From: Schmidtea polychroa
Lineage: Eukaryota
Assembly: GCA_044892525.1 (NCBI GenBank)
Contig: CM097886.1
Coordinates: 148,738,001-148,802,000 of the forward strand
Reading direction: 5' to 3'
DNA length: 64,000 bases
Shown here: positions 1 to 11,800 of the stretch, in pieces
Position numbering within the stretch: the first letter of the stretch is position 1
How the letters are laid out: each line of letters opens with the position of its first letter
Made by a program: the position numbers and the translations under genes
Notes under the pieces: generated by a model
Databases searched by the model: none
Told to the model about the DNA's origin: nothing
The model's input: only the letters and a program-made list of their open reading frames with translations

Positions 1-619
1 TCAATTAAATAAAATCAAGAATGAAATTTGAGTTGAAATAAAGCATTTGGAGTTAGTTTTTAGAATTATAACATAGAAAATTTTATTGAAGAATAAAAAT
101 TATCTATTAAACATTATCATTATATCATTATCCTTTTCCTTTATCTTTATCTTTATCTTTATTTAAAACTAATGATCGTTATTTTTATTTATTTAACAAT
201 AATTTTCGACATCGCTTTTCCCAACATTTGAAAAGGCTCCAGATATTTTTCATAGTTAATAAATTAATAATAATGATCTAAATTATTTCATTTAAAATAT
301 TAATTAAATCTTAGAAATTTTTAGAAGCATTTTTTGTTATTTTCTCACATAAAGTAGATTTATTAAAGTTTTCTTGTGAGCTGAATTTAATCTCCAGTTG
401 GTTTACTGTTGAAACCATGCATAGTTGTTTTCTGTTTTTAATAATAAATCTAAATATTCTATCTGATGTTTTACAGAAAATCTTATGAAAATTTGAGTTA
501 ACTTTTTTTGTATATTTTTAATCAGGATGATTTTGGTGTAATTTAATTTAAATCATCTTTATTATTTAACTATTTTTGTTTTATATAACTCGGTTAGTTT
601 TATGTTAATACCTTTAAGG

Positions 620-943
620 CAGTGTTTCCAAAACATTTTTATTCGCGACACTGGTAAATTTAAAATTTTAAAAATATCTTAAATGTCTGAAATTCAAGTA
701 AGTTTAAAATATTATCCAACAATTTCATTGTATTCTTATTTCATTTATCTGTAAATAACAATATAATATAAAAATTTATTAATAAGAACAGTGAGATTGT
801 TTAAAAAATATATGAAAATAATTATTGATCTCGTTTGTGACACATTTATAAAATGTTCTGTCTTATTTTAAAAATTTCCCGACACCCTTATAAATACTTT
901 CCGATACAGTGGAGTGTCACAACGAATGGTTTGGGAAACACTG
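620..943. mobile_element. hAT-type MITE (324 bp)
   Basis: TIR CAGTGTTTCC(A/C)AAAC at both ends; perfect 8-bp TSD CTTTAAGG at 612-619 and 944-951; no ORF. Confidence 0.9.
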
Positions 944-1923
944 CTTTAAGGGTCAAGTTGCTTTTATGTTATTGAAAATGAAAACTAATTGTTTTATAAT
1001 TGGTTAAAATCACTATGATAAATACTGAACCTTGCTTCCTATAAGAGTTTTAATGGTCAATTAAAAATTGAAATTTTTAATATTGTTTAAAATACTTAAT
1101 TTAAATCCATAAATGATTTTGCATAAAATATGAATTTAAAGTTTTGAATTTTTCTATACTTGGTGTGACTAAAAAAGAAAAAACATTGACTTCAGAACAT
1201 TAAAATGTTACTCTTGATTTTCTATACAACTGTACAGTTTTCTAAATATCAAATTTAAAATTTATCAAATGCAGTGCGATGAATTAAATTAAAAAAATTT
1301 TCAAATTATTAATTATATTATTAAATTTTAAGATTCATCACTAGAATTTCATTTATCATCCTTTACTTTTCGATTGTAAATCTTCTTTTTTTTTAGTTTG
1401 CAAACAATTTTTGGCACCGCTCTTTTTTTCTTAAAATAACACTTGAAAAGGGCAGTGCTGAAAATTTGTTAAGGTAAATTATGATAAATGATATTTTAAA
1501 GGAAAATAAAATAGGAGAAAGTTAGCCAAAAAGATGAATGACTTTACTGATATTACAACCTCAATTCTGTAAACATTATTTGCTAAATATATGACTTCTC
1601 ACAAATAATACTTTTGTCGGTTATTTGTCGGTTAGCGAATCACATAGAATATAGCTCAGTTAACATACAGAGCTAATATATAGCTTGTAAACTATTCTTT
1701 CGTTTATCTTTTAATTATATTTTTTGAAAGCTCACCTTATTTTTTATAACTTGTTTATTCCAATTATTAATTTCAGTTACTTGCCAAATTGTTTTGTTAA
1801 TTTTTTCTCAGCTTTTCTTAAAATTTATTAAACTTAATTTAACCGCTTTATCAGTAAAGGCTATTTTTCCACTATATATGAAATTATATGTACACGAAAG
1901 TACTAATTAATTTAATGATTATA

Positions 1924-2728
1924 CAGGGTGGGGCAAGAAGATCTGACACATTTGAAAGGTAAATAAAACCAAATTAAAATAAGTAAATAAGAAAGTTATT
2001 TATTTATCAGTGTACATATGGTGTCATTTTATTTTATGTTGTCTGAATAATAAAAAAAGTGTTTGTACGCTATTGATCCCACAACTATCTTCATTACTTA
2101 CGCGAATGCCCCTTGCACAGTCCAGATGTAACTGTATGGTGTGCGATAGCATAAATTAGTATTTTTGGTCCGTACTATTTTGAAGATAATTTCAATGTGA
2201 CCGTCAATTCTGAACGATATTGAGTGTTGTTGGACAATTTTCTGCGACCAAAATTGGATGAACTTAACGTCAGAAATAATGTTTGGTTTCAACAAGATGG
2301 TTCAACAGCCCATACATCTAGATGTTCAATGGGAATTTTGAAGGAAATGTTCCCTGGTCATTTAATTTGATTCCGAGGTGACTTCGTTTGGGTTGCCCGA
2401 TCACCTAACTTGAATACATGTGATTTTTTCTTCTGGGGATACCTAAAATCAAAGGTATTCATTTATTGCCCCGATCTATTAAACAATTGAAAGATGCAAT
2501 TCGTCGAAAAACTGAGGCTATTCCACCGAGTTATGACAACTTCCACTGACCTCTACAACAGTGTGTGGACAATAACGATGAACATTTGACTTATGTTATT
2601 TGTAACCTAAAATGAAATAAAATGGCATCATATGTACAGGTGATAAATAAAAATACTTTTTTAATTATTTATTTTAATTCTGTTTTTAATTAAATTTCAA
2701 ATGTGTCAGATCTTTTTACCCCACCCTG
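1924..2728 (+). mobile_element. Internally deleted Tc1/mariner element, DD41D (rosa/Visitor-type), with decayed transposase
   Basis: ~34-bp TIRs CAGGGTGGGG..AAGATCTGACACATTTGAAA; TA on the left (right flank TC). Hand translation with stops gives PLHSPDVTVWCA, GPYYFED, WFQQDG-[41 aa]-CDFFFWGYLKSKVF. Confidence 0.85.
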
Positions 2729-2865
2729 TCTATTAATGATTATTTCTTGGTTTTTAGTAGTCCTTAGCACAGGAAGCATTTATTACCCAAATATGTATAA
2801 ACATTTTATATAGATCATTTTTGATCATTTTCGAATTCTAGGTGTTACTCCTTAATAAATGAAAA

Positions 2866-5800
2866 ATGAATATGTTGCCACTATGTCCTCGTAAATAACA
2901 TAAATATATTAACAGATTTTATCTCAATTAATTACGTTTTTAATATCATATTTGAGTGTCATTTCCGTTTCAGACACTAAGGAAGAAGAAGATGAGCAAG
3001 ATATTAGAAAAGCATGTATTTGGTTAAAGGAAGCCGGTTTTCCTCAATACGTTCAGATGTTTAATGGTTTGTGTTTACTGTTGCCTTAGATCATACATAT
3101 TTATGATTCATATGATTTGTTTGACAAATTTAAAAAAGCTTTATTTCAGATAGTGAATTCCCCATTTCTTTGAAATTAGTTCAAGAAGATCATATGGATT
3201 TTGATGGCGGATCATTAATGGCTTTGTTTCGGTATATATTTTTTAATTTTGTTAGATTTTCAATNNNNNNNNNNNNNNNNNNNNNNNNNNNNNNNNNNNN
3301 NNNNNNNNNNNNNNNNNNNNNNNNNNNNNNNNNNNNNNNNNNNNNNNNNNNNNNNNNNNNNNNNNNNNNNNNNNNNNNNNNNNNNNNNNNNNNNNNNNNN
3401 NNNNNNNNNNNNNNNNNNNNNNNNNNNNNNNNNNNNNNNNNNNNNNNNNNNNNNNNNNNNNNNNNNNNNNNNNNNNNNNNNNNNNNNNNNNNNNNNNNNN
3501 NNNNNNNNNNNNNNNNNNNNNNNNNNNNNNNNNNNNNNNNNNNNNNNNNNNNNNNNNNNNNNNNNNTTATGAACTTTATTATTAATACATTTGAGAATTG
3601 AAATCTTGTCATAAATTTTTACGTTCAGATTATACAATATTTTTAAAAGAAAACCATTTGACAACATTTTTGTTCGTCGATTTGTTATTGAACACTTTTT
3701 CTTAATTCAAATATTTCTTTTCCATGCCTCGCATTTGACCAATTGCATTATTCGACTGTGTTGATTTTCTATTAGTTTTCAATAATGAGCATAGTGAGCA
3801 GGAGGATTTTCTCACAATTAAATAGTATAACTATAAAAATATGCAAAACTTATTTATTTCCGTTCATGTATTTTCATTAAATAAATTGATGAATAACAAT
3901 TTTATTGTGAATATTGATTGATATTTTATCGATTATTTAATTTTATATTTTATAGACGAATTGAGATTTTAAATAAAGCCAGTGAAATAAAATCGGCTTT
4001 GCTCACTGAAGATCTTTCATCAAAAATTACTGTAAGTTATCTCTCATCGCCATTAAATATTCAATTTTGATCTTGTTATCTCAGGACTCAATATATTCTT
4101 TTCACAAACCATATTATGAAATAATTGAAGATAGTTCGGAAAATGAAGTAGAAAATGAAAATGAGGAATGTGATGATGAAGATGATGATAAAGAAAATGT
4201 TTTGGAACAAACTGCTTTAAGTTCTAATTGGTCTTATGAACCACGAACTCGAAGGTGGTCTCACATAGAACTCACAAAACCACCAATTGATATTAAACTA
4301 GATCAAAATAAACCAAAACTTGAAAATTATCTCGGTGTATCTTATCCACGCCCTTTTGTCTCAATCCCGGAAGATAACTTATCTGATATTGATAATTATC
4401 AAAAGTCCCATCAATTTAAACGCCCAAATTGTTTATCAGATTCACATAGGTCTTTTGAACCTATTATTGAATCGAATCCAGAAAATAATGATTCGCTGTT
4501 ACAAGATGATAATGAAAGTTTAGATCATTTAATGACATCTCTTCAAATGAAAAACAAATCACCCGTATCTCCTATATCTCCTAATGACAATCAAAATCCC
4601 ATTGCATTGTTACCTACTTTGCCTGATTCGAATAGAGATACTTTAAAAGTAGATAAACCTAACAATCACATTCTCAGATCTGCTAGCATGAGGCTGATGA
4701 AAGCTGTTTCTCGAATTAATCCCAATCAATTAAGTTTAAGGCACAAAAAAGATCATGTTATGATTTCACCAAAGCTTATCAACACAATTAATGATGATGA
4801 TTTATCCAACATCAAAATTCCTACTCCAAATGAAGAAGTCGATTTTGCGAAATTAAAGTTACCGGGTAAATCAAACGAATTTCCTCGCGAATCTTATCCT
4901 ATTGGTGATAGTGGGTGGTTAAATGGTAGAACTGGTAGCTTCATATCTCGAAATAATGGCCAGTCAGATGCTGAATTCAAATCTTCAAAGAAAAACATAA
5001 TTTATGATCTAGATCCTGTCATAAGCCTTCTTGAGTCAGATGTCAATAGTTTAGAAGTAATGAGATCAAGAATAAAATCAAGAGCTTCTCCAGGTATTTA
5101 ATATTTATTTAAAGTTTAAAATATAACATTATTTTAATTGATTTTAATAAAAAAAATTTTGAAATTTTTTTATTATAAAACATTTTTTTTACCATAATTT
5201 TTTAATGAAATAAATCACCGAAATGTTTAATAATCAAAAAATGAGTAAATGGCGGAAAGAAATAATTTAGAATAATAAGTAATTAAACAAAATAATTAAT
5301 TTTTTAATAAATTATCTTAACTTATTTAATTTATTTGAATATATTACTAAATTAGTGAAATCGAAAATAAAAAATAATTCTTATTGACTTTTTTGATTTA
5401 TTTCTATCAAAATTGAATGTAATTTTAAAAATAAAAATGAATGGAGATATATATTTAACCACTGATATACTCTTTGGATATTTGGACGATGTAATTGTTC
5501 TTCCAATTATCAAGATATATGTACTTGAAATCAGTCAACGAAACTAGTTGTAAAAATGATTGACAAAATCTAGTTTAATGTAAATGATTTTGAATTTCCA
5601 GAATTTTAATTGCATTTGATATGCGCTCATTTCACTTAAAGAAACAATGAAACAAAATTTAACTTTAAGTGAATTGAAAAAAATATTATTTTCTATTAAA
5701 ATCCGGTTATACCGGGGAAAAGAAAAATTATTTTTCTTAATAAATTTGCAAAATTTTTGAAATTCGTTATTTATAAAAAAAATTGTATTTTCTTACCAAA

Positions 5801-8800
5801 TGAATTCTATTGTCAAATTAAACTCGTTATAGTAATTATTTCGAATAATCGGAAAGACTGTAGAAACGGAGGATTTGTTTCACATTTTCTTGGATACATT
5901 TGTTCAAAACTATTTTTGGTTATTTACTTTAGTCTGCAATTCGTATGTGTAGATTGAAAGGAATATAAAAATTGATTAAATTAAATATCTCAAATAATAC
6001 AGTTAACAAATACTGACCCCTCCTAACCGGACGTATCCATTATGCACAGTGCTTTGGACCCGTGAAACTGGATTAACAAAAAATTATTACTTAAGTAATT
6101 AAATAATTTTATAATAAAAAATATTCTAAATTTTCATCCACCAGAATTATAAATAGAAATAGAAATAACTTTTCTTAAAAATATAAAACAAAAATAAGAA
6201 CAAGAATCACATTCAAAAAAATAAGATTGATCTGCAGCATTTTTTATTTGCAAATTCTTTTTTAGTGAAATCATTGATTTTTTTGTTCATCTATATCAGT
6301 GTCTGCCAAATTTTTTTTAATTCATGACACACTGGGCCCAGAGGATTCATTTCATGGCAAACCAAATAAAAATATATTCAATACATATATTTAATATTTG
6401 ATATACCCCGGCCTACCAAAAGTCTCCAGTCAGGCAGTTATTTACATATTGCAGTTTATAATGAATGACTGCAGTGCAAATATGAACAGCAATGGGAACA
6501 AAGGTCGCCAACACCTTCAACGTGCTGCATGTGCACATATACACACAGACACACAGAATATGACTACTCACACCAGAGTCATGTTAATGAAGGATTGCCA
6601 TTTTCTTAGAATATGGCTACTCGGAGAGAGCTTACAGACTTTCAGAAAGGAATTATTTATGGATGTTACTTTTGTGGAAAAATTCAGAGTGAAACTGCTA
6701 CTTTGACTGGCCATCCCAAAGGAACTATTAACCACTTTCTGAGGAAGTACCGCCAGGAGCAGACACATACCAACAAGCAACGTTCAGGTCGCCCTAAACT
6801 TCTGAGGATCTGTTCACAACGGCAGCTGAAACGACTTGTGGGAGCTCATCCCTGTCCAAGTTAGTGTCCACATTTAAAACTGGCTCTGTACATGCCGACA
6901 TGACCACCATTCGTCACGAATTACATTTGCATGGTTTCTATGGCAGATACTGCGCAAGGAAGCCTTTGATTACAGAACCAATTGGTTGTCGTCGCTTGAA
7001 GTGGTGCCGGGAGAGAAGGAGTTGGACAGCAGAACAATGGCGCTCATTCATTTGGAGTGATGAATCACGTTTCACTCTTTCCAAATCTTATGGACAGCAA
7101 TTCTGCTGGCGTCGTTTAGGAGAACGATTTTACCCTGACTGCATTCAGCCAACTGTGAAATATGGAGGAGGCTCCATCATGTTTTGGAGTCTTTTCTCAA
7201 CAAAGATAATGAACCAATCCATACTTTGCACATTATGGAAGAATTTTTTCTGAAGCACAGCATTAATGTTTTGAATTGGGTTCCACAAAGCCCTGACCTG
7301 AATCCTATTGAGTTTCTGTGGGACGTCCTTGGTAAACGAGTTCGCAAAAGGATTCCCATTGCCCGTAACGCCTCAAAACTGGAAATGCATCTCTATGAGG
7401 AATGGTCACACATCTCTCCTGATTTCCTGGCAAAAGTGGTCGATACAATGCCTAAACGAGTGCGCCTTTTTATCCAGATGAAAGGTAATATAACGAAGTA
7501 CTAACTCTCTTAGCACTACAGACATTCAGTATTCGTGTGTGTTTGTGACATTTGTTCACCATTGCTATTCATTATAGACTGCGATATGTAAATAACTGCC
7601 TGACTTGAGACTTTTCGTAGGCCGGGGTATTTAATAAACTCTACAAAACCTATATTCTTAAATCTTTCGCGGCACATTTTTTTAGTCATTAAAAATTTTA
7701 TTTATCTACCGTGAGTATTCGAATTGAGTTAAATTGAAAAAAAATATTGATCTATAGTCGAAACCTGAAGATAAATAAAATTCTTTTTATAATTTTGTCA
7801 ATGGGTAGTTGTTTTAATATTTCATTTTCCATTGAAAATACTGATTAAGATGATCATTTTGACTTAAATAATTCAAATTTTAGATAATTTTTATATGACT
7901 TAATTTAAATAATCTTGTTTATATTTTAAATTCGTCTCAAAAATTGAATAATAGATCGAAAGTGTAAAATATTTGTATTTGAGAAATTTTTTAGCTGGCA
8001 ATTACTTTCTGAAATAATTTTGAAAAATAATAAAAAATTATTTCCACAAAATAATCATTATGGGAGAGTTTATTTTTATAATCATACCTGTTAGACGCAA
8101 TTAAATTCAAGTCTTCTTCAAGCATTTATTTTTATAACAACTTCAAAAATTGTGCCGTTTACTAGAATATTTAAACACCGAGGCGTGATAATTATTAATA
8201 TTAATGTAATTACTGATCATACATTTAATTGATTTAATTTAATATAATTTAATATAATATGATATAATTTAATATAGAATTTAAATATACAAATTTAACA
8301 GAAATAATTATTTCTACTAACTGATCTCACTTCTACCATTTAACCATAATAATTTTATATAGAGGTTTACTAACTCCTTACATCCCCCCTTCTTTAAAAT
8401 GCTTTAACTTTTCTATATTCCTCGTTATTTTTCTTCCGTTTTCGTCTGTTAATAAATAACTTCTTTCATGATTTCGTTTTATTACTGTGTAGGGTCCTTC
8501 ATATCTCTCGTGATCTTTGCTTCTAATTTCTTGTTTCACCAATACTTTGTCCCCCACTTCTAAGTTCCTAGTTGTGCCAATTTCTTTCGCTTGCTGTCTT
8601 TTAGCCTCTAATTTCCGCATGATTTCATTTCTATCCACTTCATTATTACTATGCCATTGCGATCTATTAATCTTTCTTCCAAAAATAATTTCTGCTGGAC
8701 TCACTCCAGTAGTTTTTTGAGCTGTCGCATTTAAAACGTATTCTATATCAGGTATTAATTCTGCCCAGCTTTTTTTAACTCCTTCTCTGAGTGACGCGTT

Positions 8801-11800
8801 AATATAGTCTCTTATAGTACTACATTGTCTTTCAATTACACCATTAGTATTATGATGATACGGACTCGAAAATATCAACTCAATTCCTGCTGCCTTTGCT
8901 AGTTCTTTAATGCTACTTGCTTCGAAATTTTTTCCACAATCAACATGTAGTTCCTTAGGGGCTCCAAATTTCAATATCCAATTATTTAACAAAACTGCCT
9001 TTATTGTATTTTCATCTTGCTTTCTAATAGGAGTTAGAGATATGTATTTACTGTAATGATCGATTATTGCACAAATATATTTTTCTCCTCTGAAGGTTTC
9101 TCTTAATGGACCGCAAATATCCATGTATATTTTCTCCATAGGTTCTGAAGCTTGAATTACTTGGGTTTTTTCTTTTGACTTTGTAGTTAAAACTTTGTTT
9201 TTCTGGCATGCTTCACATATTGAAATAGTCTCTTACTTCATTTAGCAAATCTTCCATATCAAAATTGTTCCTAATATATTTCATAACTTTTTCTACTCCT
9301 GCGTGGCATAATAATAAATGTGTTTCCTTAATCATTTCTCGTCTTTTTGTTTCTGGTATCCATATTTTGTTTTGATTGGTATAGATAATATTTCCTTTTA
9401 ATATATATTTATTATTTTTCCTTTCATTTATTTGATCTTTTATATCTTGTATTTCTGCATTATCTCTTTGCCATTCATTTCCATTATTTTCGGTCATTAA
9501 TGTTAACAATCTAGTTTTTAATCGCCCTGATTTGGGGTTATCATGGTCCATCAAACATTGTACACATTTGCCGCATGTATTTCTAGACAGCATATCTGCA
9601 TTCGTATGCGCCGTACCTTTTCTGAACTCCATTTTTATGTCTAAACTGCTCAAGTAATTTATCCACGTTTGGAACTGTGCTGTTATCGGCTTCTTTGTCG
9701 TTAACATAAAAGTTATTGCTTTATGATCAGTGCGCAAAACAAACCGTTTACCGTATAAATAATGGTTGAAATGGCGACAGAAATAATATATAGCCAAAAG
9801 CTCTTTTCGTGTTATACAATATCCTCTTTCATGGCTACTCATTGCATGGGATCCATATGCAATAACGTGTTCATGCCCCATTTCATCTCTTTGTGATAAT
9901 ACAGCTCCAATTGTATCAAAGCTTGCGTCTGTATCTAATATGAATTCTTTCTTGAAATCTGGAAATACGAGAATTGGCGCTGTAGTCAACGCCATTTTCA
10001 TTTCTTCGAAAGCTTTCTCACATTCCTCAGTCCAGATTATTTTTTCACTATTGCTTCCACATATGCTTTCTAGCGCTCTTGATTTTGTTGCATATTCCTT
10101 AATAAATCTCCGATAATAGTTAAATATACCTAAAAAGCTTCTCAAATTCTTTATACACTTAGGCCTCTGAAATGATTTAATAGCCTCAATTTTACTTTGA
10201 TCTGTCCGAATCCCCTGACTGTTAATAATGTGCCCTAAAAACTTTACTTCGCTCTTTAATAACTGACATTTTTCTGGGTTGATTCTCAATTTAGCTTCCC
10301 TTATTTTCTCTAGAACTTTTCCAAACACATTGTAATGTTCTTCAATTGTTCTTGTAAAAATTAAAATATCGTCTAAATACACCATAACTCCTTCTTTCCA
10401 TAGATCTTTCAATATTTTTGTCATTAATTCTTGGAATGTACCCGGTGCCGCCGCAATGCCAAAAGGCATTCTATTAAAACAAAATTGTCCTTTAGTAGAA
10501 AATGCTGTCTTTTCTTGCGATTCTATGTCCAATTTCACCTGATAATAAGCGTTCCCAAGGTCTATAGAACTAAAGTACTTAGATCCATGTAATGTATCTA
10601 GAATTTCTTCTACATTCGGCATAGGAAAAGCTTGTCTTTCAGTAATCTTATTAAGCTGTCTAAAATCTAAACAAAGTCTGATATCTTTTTTGTCTTTTTT
10701 CCACACGCATACTAACGGCGTATTCCAAGGTGAATTACATCTTCTTATGATATCATTATTTTCTAAATTTTTTATAGCAGCATTTATTTTCTCCTCTAAA
10801 TTGATGGGTTGTCTTCTGGGTTTTATCATAATTGGCCCTTCTTTTGTGATGATTTTATGTGCAATTAAATCAGTACATCCGATATCCCAGTTATTAGCCA
10901 TAAAAACACTTTTATTGTTTTTAACAATCTCTAACAGTCTTTTATTTTCGTTTAATCTTAGAATTTCTATTGCTCTTTGACATCTCTCGTTATCTGTAAT
11001 CTTTTCCCCAAATCTAGCTTCTATTTCACATACAAATTCATTATATCCTTCTTCATTTTGCTTGATGTAGTTTAATTCAATTCCAAACTCTTTCTGCAAT
11101 TCCACTCCGCCTATTATATCTGGAACAATATTTTTAACTATTATAAATGTTATTTTTCTTTCCATATTACCAATTCTAACATCAATATATATTTTTCCGA
11201 TTGTCTCTAATTTACTATCATTTGCACATCTTAACATCTCATCTGTTTTTATGATTTTCACATTCACTAATTTTTCCACAACTGCTTCTGCCATTACATT
11301 TACTCTTGCTCCTGTATCTAGTAAGCATTCCATTCTATAACCCTGAATTTCAAGAGTTGTACTCGGTCTACCTTGCATTTTGTCATAACTCAATTTCGGT
11401 CGTTTCCATTCATCTTTAGTGAAAATATTTTGCTCCTCTGATATTTCATTAATCCACCTAATTTCATTTCTCTCTAATTTATCTTCTGACTTCTTAATAA
11501 ATTTATAAACTTTTTCATTTACTATTTTATTATTATATTCTGCTTCTTTAATTTTACTATACTCTTCTTGATTCTTAGGATTATTATTATTATTATTTAT
11601 TAAAGATCGATCAGCATTAAAATAACTATAACATTTAAAATTATTTAAAGGAAACTTTTTAAAATTACAAATATTATTACATAAAGGTTCTACATTATTA
11701 TATATATAAGGATTATTTACATTATTAAAATTATTATGACCAATATTTACATCAATATCAAAATGACCTAGTATATTGCTCCGATCATTGCCTCCCGTGT

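Noticed and set aside
1534-1568. Alternative first exon MNDFTDITTSI with a GTAAAC donor
   Set aside because: Ends in phase 2, incompatible with the phase-1 acceptor at 2974.
3170-3667. ORFs of 107-143 aa spanning the N-run (similarly at 35768-36124, 60372-60769, 61244-61582)
   Set aside because: Artefacts of assembly gaps translated as X.
6044-6340. Possible Transib-like CACAGTG terminus
   Set aside because: No matching CACTGTG end or 5-bp TSD.
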